DNA of 36,919 nucleotides from Aquificota bacterium. Lineage in GTDB: Bacteria > Aquificota > Aquificia > Aquificales > Hydrogenothermaceae. The stretch lies in assembly GCA_013153235.1 (NCBI GenBank), contig JAADEU010000057.1, positions 1 through 36,919 on the forward strand, given 5' to 3'. Made by a program: the position numbers and the translations under genes. This document shows positions 10,768 through 20,665 of this stretch, in pieces (position 1 is the first letter of the stretch; each line of letters begins with the position of its first letter). Under the pieces are notes generated by a model. It saw only the letters and a list, made by a program, of their open reading frames with translations. It was not told the DNA's origin and searched no databases.

Positions 10768-11917
10768 AGAAGAATCAATACTGCTCCTTGTTGTATCTGT
10801 AGGGGCATTTGTCGTTCCATTTATAAGCAGAAAACTGATGCTCCCCTCAGCTGTAGGGGAGATTATTTTTGGCCTTGTGATTGGGGTTTTTTTCAAGGAA
10901 GCAACAGAGAGTCTTACGGTTATACACTTTCTGGGGAGTCTTGGATTTTTGATTCTGATGTACCTTGCCGGGCTGGAGATAAACTTCGAGAGAATAAAGA
11001 TAACACCACGGAGAGAACTGATTATATATCTCATATCCCTCATTATAATTATTGGAACCTCATTTGCCGTTGTGTACTACACAGACCAGCCTGTTATCAA
11101 CGCACTTATATACCTAACTGTGGCAGTGGGACTGTTGTACCCTGTTCTTAAAGACAGCGGACTTCTGAATACAGACTTTGCACAGTCAACACTGATAATC
11201 GCCAGTCTTGGTGAAGTACTGAGTCTACTGTTTATATCTGGCTTTTTCCTTTACTTTGAGTACGGTCTATCTAAGCAGACATTTATACATCTGTTTGAGA
11301 TTTATCTGTTTTTCTTTATAGCCTATCTTGTTCTTAAGTTTTTCCAGCTTTACGCATGGTGGAACCCAAAAAAAGCCTTCACTTTTATAAAGACAGACGA
11401 CCCTACAGAAACCGATGTGAGGGCAAACTTTGCAAACATGTTCATATTTGCAGCTCTTGCAAATCTCCTTGGACTGGAATACATAATCGGTGCATTTTTT
11501 GGGGGAATGCTCTTTGCAATGGTATTTAAAAAGAGACACGAGATACAGGAAAAAATCAGTAGTTTTGGATACGGCTTTTTAATTCCCGTGTTTTTCATCG
11601 AAGTAGGCCTCAGGTTTGACCTGTTCAATCTCCTGAAGAAGGAAATTATTCTTGGAGCCGTTGGCATCTCGATAACAATCTTACTGGTGAGGGTTGCCGG
11701 TGCATTACCACTGTTTTTTTCAGGTTTTTCCTTCAGGGAGGTCCTTGCATTTCCATTTGCCCTGTCCATGCCCCTCACCCTCCTTGTGGCAATAGCAACG
11801 CTGGGACTTGAAACAGGGGTAATAAATCAGGATTACGCCTCCATGATTATCCTCTCTGCCCTTATCAGTGGTATACTCTATCCCTGGTTGTTTAAATTTA
11901 TAACAAGATTATCTTAA
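10760..11917 (+). CDS. Cation:proton antiporter, CPA2 family (KefB/NapA-like)
   Basis: Highly hydrophobic multi-TM protein; LPSAVGEIIFG, LMYLAGLEI, IIGAFFGG, FLIPVFFIEVG; overlaps the upstream RCK gene by 8 nt. Confidence 0.9.
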   Translation: MSKEESILLLVVSVGAFVVPFISRKLMLPSAVGEIIFGLVIGVFFKEATESLTVIHFLGSLGFLILMYLAGLEINFERIKITPRRELIIYLISLIIIIGTSFAVVYYTDQPVINALIYLTVAVGLLYPVLKDSGLLNTDFAQSTLIIASLGEVLSLLFISGFFLYFEYGLSKQTFIHLFEIYLFFFIAYLVLKFFQLYAWWNPKKAFTFIKTDDPTETDVRANFANMFIFAALANLLGLEYIIGAFFGGMLFAMVFKKRHEIQEKISSFGYGFLIPVFFIEVGLRFDLFNLLKKEIILGAVGISITILLVRVAGALPLFFSGFSFREVLAFPFALSMPLTLLVAIATLGLETGVINQDYASMIILSALISGILYPWLFKFITRLS

Positions 11918-11934
11918 AGATAAAGGGTTTTAAT

Positions 11935-12552
11935 ATGTACAATCTGACTACTGATGAGGCTGTTTTTACGGTTATAGACCTTGAAACAACCGGATTTGTC
12001 CCTGAAAGGGACTACATAATTGAGATAGCTGCCATAAAATTCCAGGGACATCTGGAAATAGACAGATTCTGGCAACTGGTAAGACCGGATATAGACTTTA
12101 TACCCCCCTATATCACAGAGCTTACCGGTATAACAAATGCCATGGTAATAGACCAGCCAAAAATAGAGGATGTACTACCGGACTTTATCAGGTTCATACA
12201 GGACACAATACTTGTGGCCCATAATGTAAAATTTGACCTTTCTTTTCTTAACTATAATGCAAGACTATATCTGGGAAAAACAATAAAAAACCCCTCCATA
12301 TGCACTGACAACCTTGCAAGGAGAATACTGCCGGAGATAGACAGCAAATCCCTGGAGCATGTTGCTTACCACCTTAATATCCCGTACAGACAGAAACACA
12401 GGGCAATGTCCGATGCTGAGGTAACGATGAAAGTTTTTGAGAAGATGCTCCAGTTCCTTGAGGATTACAATGTTAACAGGGTGATTGATATAATAAAACT
12501 CTCAGAGGGTAAAAGAATTAACTACAGGGAAAAAAGGAGAAAGTATGTTTAA
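11935..12552 (+). CDS. dnaQ: DEDDh 3'-5' exonuclease (DNA polymerase III epsilon-like)
   Basis: ExoI VIDLETTG, ExoII VAHNVKFD, ExoIII HRAMSDA. Confidence 0.85.
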   Translation: MYNLTTDEAVFTVIDLETTGFVPERDYIIEIAAIKFQGHLEIDRFWQLVRPDIDFIPPYITELTGITNAMVIDQPKIEDVLPDFIRFIQDTILVAHNVKFDLSFLNYNARLYLGKTIKNPSICTDNLARRILPEIDSKSLEHVAYHLNIPYRQKHRAMSDAEVTMKVFEKMLQFLEDYNVNRVIDIIKLSEGKRINYREKRRKYV

Positions 12553-13342
12553 GGTAGGTCTCATCGGTGCAGGAAACATGGGAGAGGCAATTGTTAGAGG
12601 TCTTGTAAACAGCAATACTGTGAAATCTACCGAGATAATAGTTTCTGATATAGACAGGAACAGGATAGACACACTTGTGGAAAGGTATAATGTCGCCGGA
12701 ACAACCAGTAACAGAAGGGTTGTTGAGAACTCCCAGATAGTTTTCCTTGCTGTAAAGCCTAAAGACCTCCAAAAAACCCTGGAACCGCTTAAAGACAGCT
12801 TTAAAGAAGGCCAGATTCTGATTTCTGTACTGGCAGGTATTCCTGTGGAAAAAATTCAGGAAATAACAGACAGACCCTATATCGTGAGAATCATGCCAAA
12901 CACCCCTGCCCTCATCGGGGAAGGTGCAATAGGCCTTGCATACGGCACACTCCCAGAAGAAAAAAAGGAAGAGATAAAAAAACTCCTCCAGGTTCTGGGG
13001 ACTGTCGTTGAGGTGGATGAGAGCCTGATGGATGCCGTTACAGGTCTGTCAGGAAGTGGACCGGCATACGTATTCATGTTTATAGAAGGCCTGATACAGG
13101 GGGGAATCAAGCAGGGACTGTCCCACCAGCAGGCCAGGGAACTTGCAGTCCAGACGGTTATTGGGGCTGCTATGATGATAAAAGAAACAGGAGAACACCC
13201 GGCTGTATTGAGGGATATGGTCAGCTCACCTGCAGGTACTACCATACACGGACTTCATGTCCTTGAAGAAAAGGGACTCAAGGATGCCGTTATCTCTGCT
13301 GTGGAAAAAGCAACAGAAAGGAGCAGACAGCTGGCTAAATAA
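12545..13342 (+). CDS. proC: Pyrroline-5-carboxylate reductase
   Basis: IGAGNMG, LAVKP, RIMPNTP, TGLSGSGPAY, VSSPAGTT. Confidence 0.98.
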   Translation: MFKVGLIGAGNMGEAIVRGLVNSNTVKSTEIIVSDIDRNRIDTLVERYNVAGTTSNRRVVENSQIVFLAVKPKDLQKTLEPLKDSFKEGQILISVLAGIPVEKIQEITDRPYIVRIMPNTPALIGEGAIGLAYGTLPEEKKEEIKKLLQVLGTVVEVDESLMDAVTGLSGSGPAYVFMFIEGLIQGGIKQGLSHQQARELAVQTVIGAAMMIKETGEHPAVLRDMVSSPAGTTIHGLHVLEEKGLKDAVISAVEKATERSRQLAK

Positions 13343-14438
13343 GGGATGCAGATATACTGTTTGAGACCATCAGTCCCTTTCTGGTTAACCTGAACCTCCC
13401 ATTTTCGATAACACCAAGGCCCTCCTCCACCAGTCCTTCCACAAACCCAAGCTTTTCTTCAATCAGCTGAAGGGGAATGCCCTCTGTAAGTCTCAGCCCA
13501 AGCATTATCTCTTCTTTTCTTTCCTCTTCCCTGTCTATCTCATCCACAAACTCAACAGGAAGCCTGTTTTCCTCCACACTCTTTAGATACTGGAAGAGAT
13601 TTTTTGTGTTGCCTGCTCTTTTATTTTTATAAAAGGACCATGCAGACACGCCTACCCCGAGAAATTCATTCCTCTTCCAGTAATGGAGGTTATGTCTGCA
13701 CCGGTAACCCTCTTTCGCCCAGTTAGAAAGCTCATACCTGTAAAAACCCCTGTCATTTAGAAAATCATCAATTATTGAAAAAAGCCCATACAGCCTGTCA
13801 TCATCTGGGAGTTTCACCTCTCCCCTCTTTACCATCTGTCCAAGGGCTGTATTCTCATACGGAGTCAGCATGTAGGCAGATATGTGGGTCACAGGCAGGG
13901 AGGTAAAAAAATGCAGGTCCTTTTCAAGACTATCTCCGGTCTGTCCAGGCAGACCATAAATCATATCAAGGCTTATATTTCTGAATCCTGCATCGAATGC
14001 ATCCATAACGGTTTTTACTGTATCCTCCGGAAAGTGATTCCTGCCAAGGAAGGAGAGATTTTCCCTTATAAAGGACTGTGCCCCAACACTTACCCTGTTT
14101 ACACCTGCCCTATAAATAGCTTTAAACTCACCGTATCTATAGGTTGCAGGATTGACCTCAATTGTAATTTCCACATCCCTTTCAACAGGAATATGTGCAT
14201 TTATAAACTGGAGGATTTCATCTATCATCTGGGGAGGCAGTATAGACGGTGTCCCCCCACCAAAGTAAATGGTGTTAACACAAAAATCCAGCTGTGAAGC
14301 GTAAAGCTGTATCTCTTTTTTAACAGCTTTAACATATCTCGTGTAAATCTCATCAGAATTTAGCTCCACAGAGGTAAAATCACAGTACGGACATTTAAGA
14401 CTACAGAACGGAATGTGTATGTATATACCCTTCACCAT
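13335..14438 (-). CDS. hemW: Radical SAM heme chaperone HemW (HemN-like)
   Basis: YIHIPFCSLKCPYCDF (CxxxCxxC), FGGGTPS, YELSNW, HNLHYW (HNxxYW signature). Confidence 0.93.
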   Translation of the reverse strand: MVKGIYIHIPFCSLKCPYCDFTSVELNSDEIYTRYVKAVKKEIQLYASQLDFCVNTIYFGGGTPSILPPQMIDEILQFINAHIPVERDVEITIEVNPATYRYGEFKAIYRAGVNRVSVGAQSFIRENLSFLGRNHFPEDTVKTVMDAFDAGFRNISLDMIYGLPGQTGDSLEKDLHFFTSLPVTHISAYMLTPYENTALGQMVKRGEVKLPDDDRLYGLFSIIDDFLNDRGFYRYELSNWAKEGYRCRHNLHYWKRNEFLGVGVSAWSFYKNKRAGNTKNLFQYLKSVEENRLPVEFVDEIDREEERKEEIMLGLRLTEGIPLQLIEEKLGFVEGLVEEGLGVIENGRFRLTRKGLMVSNSISASLI

Positions 14439-14486
14439 AACAGGATTAAAATAACACTTATTTTGAAAATATCAAACATTGTTATA

Positions 14487-14515
14487 TTGCAATTTAACAG
14501 TGGTTAGCATATACT
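14487..14515 (+). promoter_or_regulatory. Sigma70-type promoter for ferredoxin
   Basis: TTGCAA (14487-14492), 17-nt spacer, TATACT (14510-14515); AAGGAGG RBS follows. Confidence 0.7.
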
Positions 14516-14558
14516 ATAAAAGCTCAAGGTTTACTAAATACTAAGGAGGTTTAGACAA

Positions 14559-14783
14559 ATGAAAGTTAAAGTATCTGTTGACCAGGATCTCTGCACAGCT
14601 TGCGCACTTTGCTACGACGAGCTTCCAGAGGTTTACGAAGACCAGGGTGACGGAATTGCTAAAGTTAAGGACGACATCGGTGGTGACGGTGCTGTTATAG
14701 AAGGAGAACTGGCTGAAAGAGCTCTTGAAATCACTGAAGAGTGCCCATCTGGCGCACTTATCACTGAGGTTGTAGAAGAGTAA
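14559..14783 (+). CDS. fdx: Single-cluster [4Fe-4S] ferredoxin
   Basis: CTACALC...CP ligands, very acidic 74-aa protein, strong RBS. Confidence 0.95.
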   Translation: MKVKVSVDQDLCTACALCYDELPEVYEDQGDGIAKVKDDIGGDGAVIEGELAERALEITEECPSGALITEVVEE

Positions 14784-14790
14784 TAATCAG

Positions 14791-14808
14791 GGGGAGGTTT
14801 TCCTCCCC
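14791..14808. terminator. GC-rich hairpin between convergent ferredoxin and membrane-protein genes
   Basis: GGGGAGG-tttt-CCTCCCC perfect 7-bp stem; no clear U-tract on either strand. Confidence 0.55.
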
Positions 14809-14811
14809 GTA

Positions 14812-15132
14812 TCACTCCTGTACCTTCTTTAATCTTTCCCTTTCCTGTTTTTCTATCTTTTCATGGAGCTGGAGAATATCAACCTTTGGTTTTTCCACAT
14901 CCCTGAAGTGCCCTTTAAAAAATAGACCAAGGATGATTGCAAGCCACCCGGCTATCATAAATAACCTTGCAAATAAAACAACAAGGTAACCTCTAAAATC
15001 AGACTCATTTCTGGCAAACTCAGAATTAAAAAAGTCTATACTCCTCTCAACCATATAAATACCTATAGAAAGGACCATCAGGGATAGAAGTATAACCGTT
15101 ACCGTTTTTGGGGTGAGTTTTAATCTAGGCAT
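14812..15132 (-). CDS. Small two-TM membrane protein with a CcoS/FixS-like C-terminal motif
   Basis: Start at ATG 15132 (MPRLKL) with GGAGGGG; two hydrophobic helices followed by KGHFRDVEKPKVDIL. Confidence 0.65.
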   Translation of the reverse strand: MPRLKLTPKTVTVILLSLMVLSIGIYMVERSIDFFNSEFARNESDFRGYLVVLFARLFMIAGWLAIILGLFFKGHFRDVEKPKVDILQLHEKIEKQERERLKKVQE

Positions 15133-15194
15133 TTTAACCCCTCCACACTTTATGGACGGGGTAAATATATGCAAGGACACGGATTTTTCAAAAA

Positions 15195-16037
15195 TTACAC
15201 AATACCTTCTGTAATGGCCTTGATTCCTTCCAGTCCACCCATAGGAATAGGAATATGTCTGGAAGATGGTACATCGTAGTCCCTGGGATTGATTCTTATC
15301 AGGGTGCCGTAGAACTGGTCTGCAACTCTTTCTGAAAGTATTCTAACTGTTGGAACCGCCTTACCTGCACCTATCTCGATAATAACCAGTTTATACCCCA
15401 TGTCGTCTATCTTTTCCAGCCATCTTTCAAATCTGAACTCCTGTCCGGCAGTTCTGTGGGGAATCCACTCCCAGTCCCCAAACATCAGAATATTTGGCCT
15501 TGCAATTTCCTTACAGTGTTTACAAAGGGGAAGAGGGTCTTTTGCCCTGAAATTTTCCATGTCAATCTCTATCTCAACATCATCGGCAGGCCATATATCG
15601 TCCATACAGGGGACGCTGCACTGGAGGTGATGTATTGAGCCGTGAACCTCCACTATCCTCTTTTCGTCATAACCTGCTTTCTGGAACTGTCCATCGACAT
15701 TTGAGGTAAAGACAAAGTAACCGCCTTTTTTACTTTCCCCAAGCTTTCTCAGTATGTGGAATCCCTCATGGGGCTGTGTTTCCCTGTACAGATTCAGCCT
15801 GTGACCGTAAAATGCCCAGGCCAGATGCGGGTCTTCCTTAAACCATCTGGGATTTGCAAGTTCCTCAAACCTCAAACCAAGCTTTCTTGCTATTGGATAT
15901 GCCCTCCAGAATCCTTCTGTACCCCTGAAGTCAGGAAGTCCGCTGTCAACACCCATTCCGGCCCCTGCTGTTATCAAAACAGCATCCGCCTCTTTAATGA
16001 CCTCTTTTGCCCTGCTGATATTATTTTCCAGGTTCAT
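15195..16037 (-). CDS. Sir2/CobB-family NAD-dependent protein deacylase
   Basis: GAGMGVDSGLPDFRG, TSNVDG, EVHGS, Zn ligands CSVPC...CKHC, RPNILMFGD, EIGAG, RINP; likely start ATG 16037 (MNLENN). Confidence 0.92.
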   Translation of the reverse strand: MNLENNISRAKEVIKEADAVLITAGAGMGVDSGLPDFRGTEGFWRAYPIARKLGLRFEELANPRWFKEDPHLAWAFYGHRLNLYRETQPHEGFHILRKLGESKKGGYFVFTSNVDGQFQKAGYDEKRIVEVHGSIHHLQCSVPCMDDIWPADDVEIEIDMENFRAKDPLPLCKHCKEIARPNILMFGDWEWIPHRTAGQEFRFERWLEKIDDMGYKLVIIEIGAGKAVPTVRILSERVADQFYGTLIRINPRDYDVPSSRHIPIPMGGLEGIKAITEGIV

Positions 16038-16060
16038 GATTTTCCCCCGGGAAACTTTTA

Positions 16061-16801
16061 TTACAGAAGTTTCATTTTCATTATCTCCCTGACCCTGTGG
16101 GCCACCGTTCTGACAGCTTCTTCCAAAATCAGTTTTCCGTACTTTTCCTTTGCAAGCCATGGGGCCGATTCCATTCTTCCGTCCGGATAGGCCTGTTTAA
16201 ACTCTTCCCTGGAAAGTGGAAAGTACACATTATTTCTGGTTATTCTCTTTTTTTCCGATGGTTTGGTTTTAAAAGCTTCCGGCCTTAACAGTTTTGTTAT
16301 AGAAACCTCAGAAGGTGTGGCGTGATAACCATTTTTATCCTCAAATATGTCCCTTTCAACCTCCTGAACTTCAGGGAGTAAAAACCACGATATAATCTCG
16401 AATATCCCTTTCCTGTTTTCATACTTGAGCTGGGAAAACGCCGTTTTTACAGGCTCTATGTTACCTCCGTGGCCGTTGATAAATACTATTCTCTTAAATC
16501 CGTGGTCTAAAAATGAGACCACAATATCCCTTGCCACAGATACCATCGTTTCAGGAGAAAGGGTAACAGTGCCTTTAAATCCCATGTGGTGCTGGGACAT
16601 ACCGTAACACAGTGTTGGAGCAACGAGGATATCCAGTCTTTTTCCAACTTCCCTTGCAACAGCCTCTGCAGTTATAAAGTCGGTCCCTATAAGACCGTAC
16701 GGACTGTGCTGCTCTGTGGAACCTAAAGGAACAAGGACGATATCCTTTTCAATCAGATAGGCCTCAACCTCTACATAGGACATATTTTCCAGCAGCATCA
16801 C
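16061..16801 (-). CDS. Creatininase/creatinine amidohydrolase family protein
   Basis: PLGSTEQHSP...GTD, NGHGGN and HATPSEVS metal-binding motifs. Confidence 0.92.
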   Translation of the reverse strand: MMLLENMSYVEVEAYLIEKDIVLVPLGSTEQHSPYGLIGTDFITAEAVAREVGKRLDILVAPTLCYGMSQHHMGFKGTVTLSPETMVSVARDIVVSFLDHGFKRIVFINGHGGNIEPVKTAFSQLKYENRKGIFEIISWFLLPEVQEVERDIFEDKNGYHATPSEVSITKLLRPEAFKTKPSEKKRITRNNVYFPLSREEFKQAYPDGRMESAPWLAKEKYGKLILEEAVRTVAHRVREIMKMKLL

Positions 16802-17085
16802 TCCACCTTCAGGTAGTATTTGAACTTTTTATAATATCTCAGATGGCTCAGCTGTTTCAAATCTGTAATTTTTTCCCTATTCCTCAACCGGATTATTTCA
16901 TCAGCGGTTTTTTCCCCTATGTAGGGCACAGATACAAGTTCCTCTTTTGTGGCTGAATTTACACTGACTTTCAGTTTTCCGGGGGAATGCCTACCATCTC
17001 CCGGGACAAACCAGTGGTATATTATTCCGGACAGAATAAGTACACCGGTAAATAGAAACTGAACACCAAGTACCTTCCTATTCAA
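16798..17085 (-). CDS. Membrane-anchored helix-hairpin-helix DNA-binding protein (ComEA-like)
   Basis: N-terminal TM helix, then VSVNSATKEELVSVPYIGEKTADEII (HhH_3 pattern); probable TTG start at 17085 overlapping the nurA stop. Confidence 0.8.
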   Translation of the reverse strand: MNRKVLGVQFLFTGVLILSGIIYHWFVPGDGRHSPGKLKVSVNSATKEELVSVPYIGEKTADEIIRLRNREKITDLKQLSHLRYYKKFKYYLKVE

Positions 17086-18235
17086 GACCTTCCCTTCCGT
17101 GGAGTTCATTCTGGAGTCCAAGGAGGCTTTCAATCAGTTCCATATCCCTCCTTGTTATCCTGACCTCCCTGTCAGCCTTTTTCAGGGGAAATGGATAACC
17201 GGCAACAGAGTAGTACGAAAGGAAGTCCAGTATCTCTTCTGGAGTAATTCTCTCCAGCTGGGGATTTTCATATACCTCTATCAGGGATATGGTCCTGCCA
17301 GAGTCATATCTGCCGTAAAAGTATTTCAGTGAAACTTCCTTCAACTGAAAAGCTATGTTCTCTTCGATAAACTCAAATATCTCTGAAAACTCCCATTTTA
17401 TCTCCTCCAGATTAATGTATACCGGAGGATATGAATAACCTGTGGTGTTTATAAACTGGTGGAATATTCTCAGGTCAGGTATGGACCTGTTAAATATCTC
17501 CGTGGAATGGGATGTCTTTGCTATTCCTATAACAAGAGGATTCCAGTCAAGACCGTAAAACAGTCTGTGGAGCAGTAGCAGGTACTCAAAATAAGCAAGC
17601 TTTGCAACTGCGGACTCCACAACATCAGCTCGCATTCCCTTTTCCCCAAGCTCTCTGACCAGGCTACTGACAACCTTTTCCTTTATGTCGGGGGAGAGGG
17701 AAACTATGTCCTTTTCAAGGAGGTTTTCCTTAATCTCATCTATCAGACTGCCTGCAACACCTGCAATCTTCCCTTCAAAATCCTCACCAGAGAACCAGTC
17801 TGTTTTTGGAAATACCGTTATGAATCTGCTTGAAAGGGTTCCGTCTATAATGAGGACCTCTGGTTTTTCCCTGTAGGCAAGCCTCAGAAGAGCCTTCAGC
17901 TCAGAGAGGAACATCAACATCCTCAGGTACTGGTCCACAAGCTCCGTCTTTTTTATAACCGAGAAATTAACCTCTCCAACAACCTCCTCAACGGTTTCCC
18001 CATTTTCCCTGAAACCAACTGCGTATCCTGAGACGGTATACAGATAAAATCCCAGATAATGTTTTTTATTGTAAGAGCCGTCCTCTCCGGCAACAAATCT
18101 ATACACCGGAACAGGCCTGTACTCGACCCATTTTTCCAGTACTTCTTCCCTTTTAATATCCCTGCTCAGGGACAGGGCAAGATTTGAAAGTTCATTTTTC
18201 AGTCTGTAGGTTTTGTTAAGCAGCTCTGGACGCAT
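17078..18235 (-). CDS. nurA: NurA-family 5'-3' nuclease
   Basis: VAGEDGS, M..SE, LIIDGTL, GIAKTS and GYPFPLKKAD.EVRI motifs in NurA order; GAGGTG RBS. Confidence 0.87.
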   Translation of the reverse strand: MRPELLNKTYRLKNELSNLALSLSRDIKREEVLEKWVEYRPVPVYRFVAGEDGSYNKKHYLGFYLYTVSGYAVGFRENGETVEEVVGEVNFSVIKKTELVDQYLRMLMFLSELKALLRLAYREKPEVLIIDGTLSSRFITVFPKTDWFSGEDFEGKIAGVAGSLIDEIKENLLEKDIVSLSPDIKEKVVSSLVRELGEKGMRADVVESAVAKLAYFEYLLLLHRLFYGLDWNPLVIGIAKTSHSTEIFNRSIPDLRIFHQFINTTGYSYPPVYINLEEIKWEFSEIFEFIEENIAFQLKEVSLKYFYGRYDSGRTISLIEVYENPQLERITPEEILDFLSYYSVAGYPFPLKKADREVRITRRDMELIESLLGLQNELHGREGLE

Positions 18236-18237
18236 AC

Positions 18238-18681
18238 CTACACCTCTACAGGGTCGTCCCTGTGGGGAACCCAGACCTCCCTGAAAAATTTCTGTTCATT
18301 TTTCAGATAATCCTCAGGAACCTTTTTTATTATCTGCTGGGCCCACTCCTCTATTTTCCTGCCTCCATCTTCACCAAAACGCCAGAAAATATTCTTCCTG
18401 TAGTCTTCAGCGGTTTCAACCTTACCTGCGACAAATGGTTTACCGTTATAGGCAGCCAGCTTAAAAATTTTGAAGGTCTCCCAGTCCAGATTTTCCCTGT
18501 TTTTGCTTTTCTTTTCTTCCTCCTGTCTGTATCTCCTGTCAGAGTGTGCCAGTCTCTTAAAAATGGCGTATTTTAGAGCTTCGGCAATACCTATTGCTTC
18601 GGCAAGCTCCTCAGGGTAGCCGAGTCTGAGAGCCCTGTATTTCTGGAGTGCTGCCATTTTGGGAAATCTGTTTACCAGCAT
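18238..18681 (-). CDS. Uncharacterised basic protein (147 aa)
   Basis: TAATG overlap with the upstream gene; stop 2 nt before the nurA start; natural-looking globular sequence. Confidence 0.8.
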   Translation of the reverse strand: MLVNRFPKMAALQKYRALRLGYPEELAEAIGIAEALKYAIFKRLAHSDRRYRQEEEKKSKNRENLDWETFKIFKLAAYNGKPFVAGKVETAEDYRKNIFWRFGEDGGRKIEEWAQQIIKKVPEDYLKNEQKFFREVWVPHRDDPVEV

Positions 18682-19586
18682 TATATGGCCCTGCCGTATG
18701 TGATTTCAGCCTTATAGTAATCATCCAGAACTGAAATTATATCAGATACCGGTAAACTTCCCATAAACATAAATGCTAAAACCAGCCTGTCCACAGTTAT
18801 TTCCTGTGTGGCTTTTATGTTTATTGTTATCCTGCCTCCACCGTTTTCCAGTATGTACACCGCACCTTCAACCAGCTTTTTCATATACGCATCCTGACTT
18901 TTCTCCCTGTAGGTTTTTAGCTCGGATATCAGAATCTCTTTTAGTTTTTCAGGCCGGGCCTTTTGCCGCTGTGCCACCTCTTTTATGATTTCCTCTGTAA
19001 ATCCCCTGTCTGTATAGCTGACCACAACTTCCGAGGGAAATATTTCTGTCAGGTATTCTATGTACTCTGTCTGTTTTTCCTGGGGGTCTATTTTTAGAAG
19101 CTCAGGTCTGAATTTCTCCAGAACAGCGGAAAATTCCACCTCAAGTTTCTGGTTTTTAATCTGCACCTTTTCAATATTAAATACATTTTTTTCCGTGTCG
19201 TACCACATTTTCTGGTAAAAGTCGTAACGGAAGTTCTTCCCATCTATAAATGCGTCTATACCGTATGCATAGGCCTCAAATCTAATAGGAACCCTGAATC
19301 CTTCAGGAAGGCTGTACTCTGTTATCTCAAACCTATCGATATCTATAACAGTTCCAGGCTGGGGGAATCCCCTTATGGAAATTCCATCCAGACTGACCTT
19401 TCCTGTCAGTGGGTTGTAGCTGTAACCCTTTATTTTTACATTTTCCTGAAGATTATTCTCTTTCAGGTATTGCTGAACCTGTTCCTTAATCGACTGGGTT
19501 CCTACATAGGCTGCTATCAGATATCCCCCTCCGAGGATAACAAGGAGGACAGACAGGACGAGGCCGATTATTGTTTTTTTATTCAT
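18681..19586 (-). CDS. Uncharacterised membrane-anchored (probably periplasmic) protein, 301 aa
   Basis: MNKK plus a hydrophobic anchor, then a beta-rich region; starts 5 nt after the obgE stop. Confidence 0.8.
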   Translation of the reverse strand: MNKKTIIGLVLSVLLVILGGGYLIAAYVGTQSIKEQVQQYLKENNLQENVKIKGYSYNPLTGKVSLDGISIRGFPQPGTVIDIDRFEITEYSLPEGFRVPIRFEAYAYGIDAFIDGKNFRYDFYQKMWYDTEKNVFNIEKVQIKNQKLEVEFSAVLEKFRPELLKIDPQEKQTEYIEYLTEIFPSEVVVSYTDRGFTEEIIKEVAQRQKARPEKLKEILISELKTYREKSQDAYMKKLVEGAVYILENGGGRITINIKATQEITVDRLVLAFMFMGSLPVSDIISVLDDYYKAEITYGRAI

Positions 19587-19591
19587 TTTCT

Positions 19592-20644
<1,053 letters not shown>

Positions 20645-20665
20645 TCAGGACATATATTTCCAGCT

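Noticed and set aside
13335-13342. 8-nt convergent overlap of proC and hemW
   Set aside because: Common in compact genomes; no additional signal.
1651-16037. Acyl-CoA ligase plus sirtuin as a Pat/CobB acetylation switch
   Set aside because: The ligase lacks a GNAT domain and the genes are over 11 kb apart in different operons.
16038-16160. N-terminal extension of the sirtuin (321-aa ORF)
   Set aside because: It overlaps the creatininase 3' end in another frame; the family-like sequence starts at ATG 16037.
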